Source: Lama glama (lineage: Eukaryota). From it: a stretch of DNA of 64,000 bases. Below, piece after piece: positions 51,996 to 64,000 of this stretch. Numbering within the stretch: the first letter of the stretch is position 1; every line of letters starts with the position of its first letter. Below the pieces are notes generated by a model. It was not told where the DNA came from. It worked only from the letters and a program-made list of their open reading frames with translations, and made no database searches. The stretch covers positions 91,886,001 to 91,950,000 of the forward strand of contig CM052817.1 of NCBI GenBank assembly GCA_028534125.1, given 5' to 3'. Position numbers and translations under genes: made by a program.

Positions 51996-52030
51996 AAGAT
52001 AATGCAAACATACAGTTTTAGATGACAGAA

Positions 52031-52240
52031 CCAGGGGTCCACGATATGAATACTGCTTGAGTTTTTAAACTTGCAGTTTACAGAAAAATGGATTTTAGGA
52101 TCTCCGAGAACTCCAAAAAGTTGTATGCAAAATTTTGTGGCTATATGCCTTCTTTTTTTGTTTTTTTTTATTCAGGAGAGAGGATCTAACGCTTTCATCA
52201 GATTCTCAGCATGGTTCATGAGCCTCCAAAGACCACTCTC
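52031..52240. mobile_element. MER103C-like hAT relic
   Basis: gttgtatgcaaaattttgtg...ggagagaggatctaacgctttcatcagattctca. A related degenerate copy is at about 2960-3140. Confidence 0.55.
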
Positions 52241-52479
52241 CTACAGGTTAGCAGTAACAAACAAGGTTGGGTGGACTCTGTCTTATAAGCAGCTTCGATT
52301 TCCTTGAAGTTCAAAGCCATGTGCTTCTGAAATTCTAGGTTGCATTAATGAGTGTGCATTCTTCAGATCCAGGGAGACTGGATATGTTCTACACCAATGG
52401 CAGCTGGAAGGCTGGGCTTCATACTGGAGTCCTCATTCTTATCAGGTCTCAATGCAGCAAGAGGGCACAACCAGGGCAG

Positions 52480-52905
52480 AGAAGGCCCCAGAAACCCTAC
52501 CACATGAGACAGGTGAAGGAGCCAAGTACATTTTGCTGGAGAAAGGGAAGAGTTGGGGAGTAGGAACGCCAGAGCTCCTCTGTAAATGGCTGACCATTGC
52601 TACGTAGGAAATGGATTAGATTAGGATAGATTAGAACCTATGTTGCTCCAGAATGCAGAACTAAGATCAATGGTTGGAAGTTACGGGGAGAAAGAATTCA
52701 GCCTCTCTATAAGGAGGAACCTTTAAAAATGATTAGGGAGATTGAAAATGGGAGAGGTTTCCTTGTGAGGCTACTAAGCTTCCTGTCCTGTGAGTTTTCA
52801 TACCAGGCTGCATGTTCACCTGCCAGGGACCTATAAAAGGGATTCTTTATTGGGTGGAAGGTATGAGAAAACGACCTCTACAATTCCTTCTAATTCCATG
52901 ATCTG
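52480..52905 (+). mobile_element. L3/CR1 3' fragment
   Basis: gaactaagatcaatggttggaagttac...gacctctacaattccttctaattccatgatctgt. A similar piece is at about 54150-54365. Confidence 0.55.
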
Positions 52906-53149
52906 TCTATTAAGATTTTATGTCTCTTATTAACATTTATAGTCAAAGACATTTACACATGTTCCCTTACTTCATATAATAGATACTTGTGGTGAATCAT
53001 TTTATAAGGGGGATAATTACACTTTTTAAAAAAACTTTTCATTTCAATGTATTTTGTTTCCTTAAAATAGGGTAAACCTATGCATTGAATGCTGTCTGTG
53101 TTTTCAGCACCCCCTCTACCCAGGTACCTCCTTGTCTGAGTCTTCCTCG

Positions 53150-53830
53150 CCCCCATCAGCGTTCACCCCACCCTCATCTCTCCCCAGGACTCGGGGGCTC
53201 TCCTCGTAACTGTTCACCTTGCTTCCTAACTATGATCTCTCCAATCTAGTCTCCATGAGCAACCAGCATTATTGTGATTAACCAGAGCATGTCTTTCTGC
53301 CTAACGTCCTTCCATAGAGTCCTAATCTCTAAAGTCACACTCGTGACCGTGGTCTACAAAGGACTGGATGACCTGGTGTCTCCAAGGTCATGTCATGCCA
53401 GCCTCCCCTCTCCACTGCGCTCTGGCCACACGGGCCTCTTCTCCTGCCCTTTTCTTCCTCTGCATCTGCACCTGCACCTGCTTCCTCTCTGCCTTAAACC
53501 CGCTCCTCCCAGATCCTCACCATCCTTCGGGTTTCAGCTCAAGTATCAACCAGAAAGCTGCTCTTGGCCACCCTATCCCAGTTAGCTACATCTCCCACCT
53601 GCCCTCGGGCATGTCACGGTTTTAGTTCCTTCATCTCACTCATCACAATTTATAATTGTCTTGCTTCTTATTTTGGGCTTGGTATTCTTCTTGCATCCGA
53701 GTGTAGGTGCACTGATGTTTACGACCTCACCTTTCTTGTTCACTGATGTGTCTGTGCCCAGTGTCTGTCCCAGGGACTGGCCCATGGTTGGGGTCAGTTA
53801 AATATTTTTGCTATGAAAGAATGAATGAGT
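53150..53830 (+). mobile_element. LINE-2 3' fragment
   Basis: Pyrimidine-rich L2 body ending taaatatttttgctatgaaagaatgaatgagtga. Confidence 0.62.
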
Positions 53831-56800
53831 GATTCCGTAAATAAGTCTGTCCAGGACAGATAGTCAGTTCTGGGTGGGTGTGACCTTGTTCTCTTGGACT
53901 GTAGTAAGTACACTTCCTTGATGCTCATCCTCTTACCTAGGACAGGGCTGTGTATGCAGCAGGTCCTTGAGAATTTTCGATTGACTCCTAAGGAGCCCGC
54001 AAATCTCATTTAAAGCCAAAGGTTAGAGAAAAAAATTTCTTTCACTGAAGAGGGAAAGACATTGCCCATGTCTCAGAGTGTCCACTGAGGAGAAAAATCC
54101 TAGAGAGGAACAGCCTGAGTCCCTAAAGCTAGGACAGTATGCCTTTTTTCCCTCCTAGGTCTCTCGGAAAAAAACTATTCTGGCCGTGAGGAACCAGAGA
54201 GCTGGAATGGTTACTGAGGAGGTGGCAGAATCTCCTTTTCTGGAGATCTTTAAAAATAGAACAGCCATCTGGGATGACTTAGAGATGGTCTCCACTGAAG
54301 AAGGGGGATGCAAGAGGGAAGGAAAGATCTCTCTAAGTCCCATCTCACCCTTGATTTTCTGATAATTCACTTAAAGATTTTATTCATGGCAAAATCCTGA
54401 ACGGAGCTAGGCATTCACTTTTTTTAACTGAAAGTGATATCCCATTTTACTCTGAGCTGTAACTCTGCCAGATGACTCTCCTCTCCTCAAATGGGCAATT
54501 TGGATGTCATCATTTTTTGTGTGTGTGTGTGTGTGATGTAGAAAGTTAGGATGAAACTTAACTTCCATTCTGTTTCCTAGGAAAGGAAAGCAAAGGAATA
54601 TAAGAGGGAAGCGTTTCGATACTGGGAGATGACAGCTTGATGAGCACAAATCCGTGTGGGTCTTACTGAAAAGGCTGGAGGGATAGGAGCTGCACAGGAA
54701 AAACATGCATGACCCCGTAGAATGTGGTACATCCTGCCACAGGGACCTGCTGCGGTTATGTACAGAAGTTAGTCTTCTGTTTGTAACAATTCTTTGTTTT
54801 TTAGTTCTTTTTTTTTTTTTAATGGAATCAAGCTTGGGAAAGTCAACACGTAAACTGCATAAGGCATATTTTTCTTATATTTAGCCATGAAATGATAACA
54901 TCTGAACTGTTTCCTAGCTTTATTCTTATGACTCTGGCTTGATTTGTCAAAGCCGTATAGTCAAAAGAATAATAGATTTTAATGCACAGGCTGAATTTGA
55001 CTATTTTTACTATAGAGGCCACACCATAAAAAGCCTTGTTTAATGCACCTCAGCAGTATCTGTATGCCATAACTGTATTTCTAACCTAAATAAACCTGGT
55101 TATGATTATCAAACACATTTATTTTTAAGTGTTCATTATAAGCACTGTTGTACATAACAAACTAATGGCCAACAGGACTCTAGCTTTGTTTTTTTTTTTT
55201 TCCTAAAGGAACACAAATGGCTTTCAATGGTGAAATGAACTCTTGCCTTTCTGCAAGTTAATTGATAATCTATATTTTTATGGAATGTTGCATTAAGTCA
55301 AAACAACGTGTGACCATAAAGGTCTTCACAAACCATACTTGAAAGCCGGCCCTGTCCCTTTATAGGACGTCCATCAAGTCCATGTGCTCCCTCATTCACT
55401 CACTGCCTCCAGAACGTGGGCTGAGTGTCCACCTGGGCCACACCTCTGTGGATCTCTTTGTGTGTCCCTGTCCAGTTGTGCTGTGAACAGAACCCGAGTG
55501 CCGGACATTCACAGAAAGAATATTCTAAGGTAGAAATCAGAACTCTAGGAAACAAAAAGGCAGAAACGGGATATTCTCAAAGAACTGGAACTCAACTTAC
55601 TTTAAGGCGCCTTTGTGATACAAGATCCATACCCAGTGTGTTTTGGTCCATTCTGTTGTGTAACTATTTGCTAGAGTGGCCACCGCCCACCTTTCCTTAC
55701 TGGATAGAGGACACACATTGGTTCAGGGCAGAAATAACTGATCCTTTAGCAAAGCAGGATTGAGTGTCTGCATGAAAGTTGTAATTGCTACAGAACACGT
55801 CTCCAACTTTTCTTCCCACGAGGCTCCTGTTTCAGTGTTGGAGTCCCTGGGATTATGGCCTGGGGTGAGTGAGGTGCAGGGTCAAGCTTGGGCCAGGGCC
55901 ACCAAGCTGTGGCCTACAGGGATTTAATCCTGGGGTGAAGCCTGGACTGGTTTGCGCCCAGCCAGGTCGGATCTGAAGAGAGTGAGGCCCCCCCGCACAG
56001 AAACTTCTATCTGCTTTATAACCTTCCCTTTGGTCTGCCCACACCAACGCAGGCTGGGGGTGGCAGCTGGGAATACAGTCCCCTCAGATCCCACTGGCTG
56101 AATGCCCCTGCCCTCTCCTCTCTACTTCTCAGTGGTCTCCTCTTTCCTCTCTGCTTTATGCTACACTGGCTGACACCAGGGAGCCCCAGGAGCCCCAGGC
56201 AAACTCAGGATACAAAGGACACACTCTCTGTGAGGCCTGGGTCTGAACTGGAGTTTGTCTGTCCACCACTCCTCACACCCAGGCTCCTGGATGGCTCATG
56301 CTTAAGACCCACAGTCTCCCTTTCCTGGCTTCCGGTCGCTCGTTCTCCCCCTCCATCACTCCCCAGCACCTTGAGAAGGCCCGTTACTTTGTTATTTAGA
56401 CACTACAGTTTTCCGTCTCACTTCACTCTACTGCATCGCTCACTGTCGCGCCTTTGGGGTTTGCTAGCAGCCTTCCCTCACAAATTCAACACCACCACTC
56501 CCTTGGTGCAAAACAAGTGTGTGGAGCTTGCTGGGGCTTGCAAAAAAAAAAAAAAAAAAAGTCGGGGGGAGGGGATGCTGCTCTCCCAAAGCCCTTCCTC
56601 TGGCACTGCAAATGTTAACGCCTATCTGCGGGGAGATTGCAATTCTAACATAATGAGATATTAATGAGCTTTGCACATGTCCCTAGCCACAACATCTCTC
56701 TCCCCCTCCCCCAGCCCCGCACACCCTTGGCCGCAAATCTAAAGAGAATCTGCTCCTTCTCTGACACTGTCACTCCTCCCTGTCCCCTCGCGCCTGCCCT

Positions 56801-58638
56801 CTCCCAGTCCAGCGCCCCAGCTGCCCTGCTCACCTCAAGCTGCCAGCACTACAGAGCACCAAATGGGCTGGCACCGCCTTGTTTCCTGCCCTAATGGATG
56901 CTTGTTTAAACACTGGAGCTGTTTGCATTGCTGCGGCTCACTGCATGTTAAACACAGTCCTCGGAAACCCTATGCCAATCCAATAAAGGTATCAGCAGTT
57001 CAGTGTGGGGAGGCAATTACTAGGTGGTCCCAAGTGTGCCTTCGAAGCTCTAGGAAGGAAAATTTGATCGAACAACTAAAAGGAAAATCTGATTCGGCTC
57101 AGCATCACGTGGAGGACACAAGGCTTAACTGCAGCCAGGTCTGTGGAGGGCAGAGGGAAATCAATGATGGGCTGCAGGGTGGGGGCACCTGCACGACGTT
57201 AAAGGGCTTAAAGCCAGCCTGTTAGGAACACTGGCTCCAGCCTTCGCCGGGAGATACCCGCCTGTCCTCCCACTTTGGCTCCCTTCCTCTTTCTTTCTTT
57301 CTCTTTTTATTCCAAGGGGTATACTTATTTATTTTTTAATGACAAACTGTCATCCTTCTTAACACCCTCCACCTCTCACTCACCTTTAATTCCTTAAGCA
57401 CTTATATTAAAAAATGGCTTTTCTTGTGCAAGATCATTACCATATCAAAGGCAGCAGAGAGAGTGTGCAAGAGAGAGAGACAGAGAGAGAGAGAGAGAGT
57501 GAGTGCAAAAATGATAGAGGGATAATATACCAGCAAAGATAAGGCAGGTCTGCTTTAGAGAAAACAGTGGGTCCCTAACCTCAGGCTAATGATACCAGTC
57601 GATAAGACAATGGATTGGTTTTCTGCCTCAGCTAAGTCTGAAAGATCACGGGAATTAGGCACAAGATTTAAATTTATTTCTCACCCAAGATGCAAAAGTT
57701 TTGGAAAAGTGAACCCTTCCCTCTATGTTTTAAGTTCTGGGCTTTGGTTTCTTTTCCTTTTCCCTGTTTTTCACTTAAAAACCTGCCCTGCAGTGGCCCT
57801 TGTTTCCTGTGGAAGAGTGAGAAGGCAGCTGTAGATGCGTCAGGCGACACTAAGAAACACTGCACTCAGTGCCCACTGGGGCGCCATCCATTTGCCAGGA
57901 GTTTTGCCAAATCTCTGTCTATTCCCTGAAGGTTCCTGGCACAAGGGATACAGCCAAGATGAAGCCGAGCTGCTGTCAGCTAAGACAGAAGCAGCCCGGA
58001 TCCAATGGGTGTAAGGATAAAGCTGGCCCTTCAAGGCGGATGGGGCCAGAGTCCTAAGGGTGTCTGTGGTCCATGGGAGCTCTGTGCATGATAGGGTCCT
58101 TCCAGAAGGTAATTAACATGCTGAAAAGTAGTCAGTCTACAAGATTGTTTAAGTAGCCTCCAGACCAGCACTGAGTCTCTGGGACAACAGAAGACCTGGC
58201 CTTTTCCCCTAGACTTGCCTTTTTGTTACTCATTGCACCTACCGTAGCAAAAACTCTGGCTCCTGCTCCCTAGGCTTCAGGTGGCAGGGCAACCAGGCAC
58301 TGACAATCTACCAGGAGAGAGGCATGGCTGACTGGCCCGCCTGCAGGGGGCGCCACTCCTGCACCTCCCGGTGTCACTGACCCGGAACAGTCGTGGCAAC
58401 TCACAGGACTGTAACCTTCCATGCCTGTAACTGTTGACGGCAGGTCACGTACTACTGATTTTACATAAGCCTCCAGTGGTGTCTTTGGTTCTTGTGTTCT
58501 TTTTGGTTTCCTGACTCACAGAATTGCCTCATAATCTCAGGCCTGGAAATATGGGTGAGTGCATTACAGTAAAACACTCCTAAAAATTATAGTAAATGCC
58601 TTGCTTGTCCTGCACACTGGGGAATGAAGTTTTCCACT

Positions 58639-58640
<2 letters not shown>

Positions 58641-58674
<34 letters not shown>
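58641..58674. repeat. (AC)17 microsatellite
   Basis: Direct reading. Confidence 0.95.
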
Positions 58675-58676
<2 letters not shown>

Positions 58677-60997
58677 AGCAAGGATACACCTATAACTGCC
58701 AAAATAAATTTTAAAGATTTTAAACCTTGGAATGAAGAGCCTTCTAAAAATATTTAGATGCTTCCCTAGTTTATTAAAAGGTAGATGACTTTTTTCTGAT
58801 AATGCATAATAGGGTCCTAAGTTACTGGCCCTGCTGTTGGTTATAGGCCTGCTGCTTAGTTTCTTTGGCTAGGAGAAAAAAAGCTAGTTATTTGATTACC
58901 ACCTCCCTTTATTAGGAAAGAAGAGAACTTTGCAAAAAGTGATAGACCAATACATTTAGGAGACTCATTTATGACCCTGTCTTGAGCGACCACCTTGCTA
59001 TATATTTCTGAAGTCTGACGTCTATAGGAATGCGAGATGTTTCTCAACAAGACATGAGCTCTTTCCCATCTCCACTCAGCAGAAATAGCACATTTTAATA
59101 TCTTTCTTCTTCTTAATGTTTGAATATAACCATGGAATAAAACACATGATACTGACCCCAAATGTTTTCAACCTACTCTCTTCTCTCCCCAGAAACAGAA
59201 ACTCTTAAAATCTCTGGGCTCCCATAACGTTACTCTAATCCAGAGATAGCAGCTGAATTGTTCTAAAATCACAGAAAGAAATTCTACTGCAAAGGTGGAG
59301 AAGTATGATAAAAGAGAATATGCGGGCAACAGCAATCCTGAGATTGTCAAAGTAGAGGCAAAATCACAGGTGGACATAAGGATATTCCTCTTCTTTTGAT
59401 TGCATCTTTGTGTGTATATTAAAAAGTTATTTTACGTTAAAATATATAAAGAGCCATCTCTGCAATCTCTACCTTTCAAATTACCTACAGAAAAATGTTC
59501 TCTTTTTCTAATTTGTAACACATGAAATTTTCTCTCCATGTAAACATCTTGAATTCTGTTATCCTGAACCAAGAAATGATATTCTTTCTCACCACCATGA
59601 AATAATAATCATACCCTATGGAAAAACTGTTAGATGATTATTAAAATCACTAAAGTCAGTTATTCTAAAGTGTACTTTCCCCATCTGGCAAGTTTCACTC
59701 CCAACTACTACACTAAAGGGATGTGGCTTCATGCTTTGATATCCTACTTTGATACAGATGTAAAAAAAGACCTCTCTTACCCTCAGGAAATGAACATCTT
59801 ATTCATCTCATTTCAGTATCCATTTAGAGCATCACTTTCTATGACCAAAAATTGCTGGAATGCTTTGTTAGGAATATAAACTGAGATTCCTAAACCTGAC
59901 TTACTGATGATGGAAATGCCCAGATTAACAACTGGAAGGACTCTGGTTTGGCGACCTTTCATTACCCCTTTTCCTTCAGTGTTTGGTAACACAATCAGCA
60001 AAACATGATTTCAGCTTCTGTTAGAAGAATTTGACCGTTAGAGCAAAAAAATGACTTTAAGATTAGAGTAAAAGCATAAATTCAATTTGGGCCCCTAAGC
60101 AAATGTTTAAAGAGGTCCTTCTTTCATTAGCCATCCCAGAAATGACCTCAATCTGCATTGTGAAAAGAGGTGGGAGAGAAGTTTTTTTGCAGGTCCCTAC
60201 ACTGGAGCAGTAGCTCCTACTGATAAGATAAAGAGGTCAAGGAACACAGTATTGTCTCCAAACCAAGATTATAAATAAGTATGAAAGACATGTAAGAACT
60301 GAGTCCAGTAGAGTCACCTTTATCCTCACCATGCAGAGCAGAGACCATTGATGACTCTTGGAAATGGTACCTGTCTGGTTAAGAACAAGTTGACAAAGGG
60401 TTTATTATATTCAATCTATTTTTTCTGTATGTTTGAATATTTCCAAAATAAAACATTTTGGGGGAAGAAAAGTATGTCAACTGGTTTGTTGGAAAAGAAG
60501 AACGCACAGAAGGCAAAGGAAGTGGCTATTGTACCAGTCCAGTCATCTTAGGACTGGAGATCGTGAACACTCCACCAAGTCACAATGCAAGAAGAAACAG
60601 GAGGGTGGATAGAGCACAGGTACAAAGAGGGCAGCCTCTGCTTTTGCTCAAAGAACTTCCCAGGGTGATGGGAAGGTGCAGGAAAAGGAGAAAATGCTGC
60701 TGTTTGCATCATGTTCTCAGGAGAGATTTCAGACAGAGCTCTGGTCAACTGGAAAACCACATACAGAAATGGCATATGCTCTGTAGTTTCTGCCCAGGGA
60801 AAGAGCTTTCTGCACAGCCTGTTAGACCCATATATCTAGAAACAAGTGGACACAAGAGATGTAAGACATGGGAAAGAATGATGACTAGAAAGAATACAGA
60901 GGCTGTTTGACTGCTTGACTTTCTTTAAAGGTAGTTTGGGTCCTCTTTGATTAAAGAAACTTTACAAAATTAATTACTAATAGCCTCCCTTTTAAAG

Positions 60998-62305
60998 GTT
61001 TTTTTTTAATTTTTGAACTATTTTTGGATCCATCAAAAAGTTGTAAAAATGGTACAAAGCACTTCTAATCCTTTACATTGCTTTTCTTAATGTTACTGTC
61101 TTACATAACCTTAGTATAATTATAAAGAAGAGGAAATTAACATTCCTACCATATTATTAATTAAACTCCAGACCTTATTAGAGTTGCACCATTTTTTACA
61201 CTAATATCTTTTTGTGTTGCAGGATCCTATTCAAGATTATCCCACCCTGCATTGAGTTATCCTCTCTTCTTAGTCTCCTCCAGTTTGTAACAGTTCCTCC
61301 ATCTTCCCACATCTTCCTTGGCCTTGATCCTTTCAAAGGATACTGAACAGTTACTCTGTAGCATGGCCCTCAGTTTCAGTCTGTCTAATGTTTTTCTATG
61401 ACTGGAATGAGCTTATGTTTTTACCGTAAGAATACTACAAAAATGATGCTGTGTTCCTTTCCGTGTATCACAGCAAGGGCTTCATGATGTCAGATGGTTT
61501 ATTACCCGTGCTGTTTCCCTTGATCACTTGGTTAGCATGGTGTCTGCAAGTTTTTCCACTGAAAAGTTACTATCTTTCCCTTTGTCGTCAAAAAGTATCT
61601 TGAGGGAGATATGCTGACACCATACAAATCCTGTTTCTCCTCAAATGTTACCCACTAATTTTAGCATCCATCCGTGGGTCTTGCCTGAAATAGTTATTAC
61701 TGTGGCATCTGCCTAATGGTGATCCCACCTGCCTTCCACATTTATTATCTAGAATTCTCCTTAAAGAAGAGCTGTCACTTCTTCTACTTTTTAAAAATTG
61801 GTATGGACTTCTGGATATTTATTTTATTTCATGGGTTAAAATTCCATACCATCTTTATTTTTCTGCCCAAGATGTACCAGCTCTGGTCACTGGAAACACA
61901 TGTACATTGACCCCGTGCCCTTTTGAGAAGCCCCTGTCTTTTACGGGAAGCATTTCCTTATTAACTGACGCTGTAAGATGTTCCAGGTAGATTTTGTGTT
62001 TTCCCCACATGAGCCCTGAAAGACAACTGCTTCTCCAAGGAGGCTTGATTTCTTTTACTGGAGAATAGTGTTTAGAAGGTGCTACGTGAGCTTCCTGCTT
62101 CTAGGCTTCCTCAGCAGACGGAGCTAGGTAAACAGATGGATACATTCCAACCCAGTTATACACGGATATGCATATTTCTATAGCTCTCTGTGCACATGTG
62201 TATATACAGTAGGTTATACTAGTACTCTAATCCTAATTCAGCATCACAGGATTCATTTGAACCTTCCCCTCTCCTTACTGATACCTTCTTTCTCAATCAG
62301 TGTCA
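60998..62305 (-). mobile_element. Old LINE-1 3' region (L1MC/L1MD-like)
   Basis: aaaaagttgtaaaaatggtaca...ccttgatcacttggttag...aaagttactatctttccctttgt...cccactaattttagcatccat...ttctccaaggaggcttgatttcttttactggagaatagtg. Confidence 0.7.
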
Positions 62306-64000
62306 TGCCCATAATAGCTTCCTTTAAACTTAAAACATAGTTACATTTAATAACCAACTTCAAATTTACTAATTTAGCAAATATGAATTGGTACGTACTG
62401 TGTTTGTTTAAGGCTCCGTACAAAGCACTCTGGGTGGAACAAGGATGACCCTTAGACCCTGCCTTCAGGTAGTCTATGGGCTACCAGGAAATATATAAAA
62501 ATACAGAGAGCATGGAGTGTTAGGAGGAACAAACAAATTGCGATGAGCATGCAGAGGAAGGAGAGAGGCACTCTTACTGGAGGCATGAGGGAAGGCCTCC
62601 TGTAGAGGCTGTGGATCTTGAAGGATGGGCAGGATGGGATTTGTAAAGATTAGGGAGAAACACTCTGGGAAAAGGACACTGCTTGAACAAAAGCATGGAA
62701 GGAGGCCACAGAGGCAAGGCATGGAAAGGGCACAGCCGTGTCTGGGTGGAGACCAGGCCCACGAAAGCAGCGTGGTGGCTGGAGCTGGGCCGCAGAGCAG
62801 CATGAACAGCTGGCTACGGTGGAATTGGGGCTCAGTTCTGTGGGCCACAGAGAGCTCCTGATAGTTTCTGATGCACGATAAGCAAGATGGGGGCAAAGTG
62901 CCCAACAGCCCCTGAAATGCAAGGTTGAGATAGAGCACATCCCACGTGACCATTTTGGTGCTTTGTTATGAGTGGACAGGAAAGGAGGGAAAAATCGAAC
63001 ATGATATCAAGCGATGTTGTTACTTTCTAGAAGCAATGCTAACTTTCCAATATAATAGAAAACTGCATTAAAAAGTAGAATGAAATTTCTAGGTGACAGT
63101 GAAATTTAATTTGCCCATGATGCTGCCTCACTGTTGCTATTGATATTCACCACAAAAGGGTATTTTCTTTGAAGTGAGATAGTCATCACTCTCTAAACTG
63201 GAAACTGCCCACATTTTATCCATTATGACTTGGAGGCTAGTAAAACAGAGCCGTATAACTCCCATCACCAGGGAGTTTTAGAACACTGAAGTTACAATGA
63301 AACCCTCACGGCTCCTCTATTAGTGTTGTATCACTATTCAGATGTGACGGTTTATCTCAGGGAACAGCTGAAACTCAAATATACTAGCATCTATCCAGTC
63401 GTGACAGCACTTGCTAGCTCGTGCATAAGGTGCAGGAACAGGCTGTGTTTGTTTGCTGGAGAAGACTGGGCTTTCAGGCTCAAGAAGCAACTACGAGTTA
63501 TCTGTTGTTATGCCACAGTCTGTTGATGGTGTTCTTTTTAAGGAAGAAAGGAAAGCTAAAATTGTTCATTTGTTTTGCAAGATGCTAGACCCTTAATCAT
63601 GCCATGGGGCAACAGAGAAGACAGAAGTGGAGGAAAAGAGAGCCACGCTTTTTCTTCCATTAGATTGTGATGAAGGTTGAAACTGCAGACCCACTGGCTG
63701 TAAGGAAAGTCTGGTGTGGATGCCCAGCCAGGTGACCACATGGGGACCGGCCAGCATCCACCGTTGTCTGCTCGTCCTCCCCCTGGCGGTAGAGGTGAAG
63801 GACCTTCAAGCCTTGTCTTAGGTAATGTGTCTCTTCTATCCTTACGGCTCTCACAGAATGAAGCTGCTAGAATGAATTCTAAAATAGACATTCTTCTTGT
63901 AGAAATGCAGATCCTTTTAATCAGGTGGAAGACAGAACCTGACTATTTTTCTTCTTCAGTGGAATCAAAGGAGCCACACTGCCAGAGAGAAGTCCAGGTT

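Larger units (their letters stand above)
23844..64000 (-). other. MAML3: MAML3 upstream intron (intron 1, partial)
   Basis: Lies 5' of the exon on the minus strand. No other MAML3-like coding segment is seen and the sequence is repeat-rich. MAML3 is known to have very long first introns. Confidence 0.8.

Noticed and set aside
1..64000. CRISPR array, operon or other prokaryote-type system
   Set aside because: The sequence is mammalian intron/exon DNA; there are no regularly spaced repeats with unique spacers and no gene-dense segments.

Overview
This is mammalian genomic DNA. It is probably from a camelid (camel/alpaca lineage), inferred from five copies of a tRNA-derived Vic-1-like SINE and the form of the young L1 3' ends. 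The only supportable protein-coding feature is one large internal exon of MAML3, the Notch co-activator Mastermind-like 3. It matches exon 2 and lies on the minus strand at 22284-23843 (1560 nt, 520 codons, phase 0 at both ends, canonical AG/GT). The rest is inferred to be MAML3 intron: the upstream intron at 23844-64000 and the downstream intron at 1-22283. These introns are filled with L1, L2, HAL1, L3, MIR, MLT1 LTR, hAT/Tigger MITE and SINE relics, plus microsatellites and some motif-dense non-repeat blocks that may be enhancers. Almost all other ORFs in the track are repeat-derived or spurious. I see no direct evidence for a new biological system. The best leads are: (i) the exon is stop-free and frame-symmetric and is bracketed by inverted SINEs, so it could form a circRNA with an endless ORF; (ii) a Gln-Pro dipeptide repeat sits where I recall a second polyQ in human MAML3; (iii) a 77-bp piece of an old HAL1 appears to have been copied locally. 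Repeat family names come from recalled consensus sequences, not a RepeatMasker run, and boundaries without a TSD are approximate.
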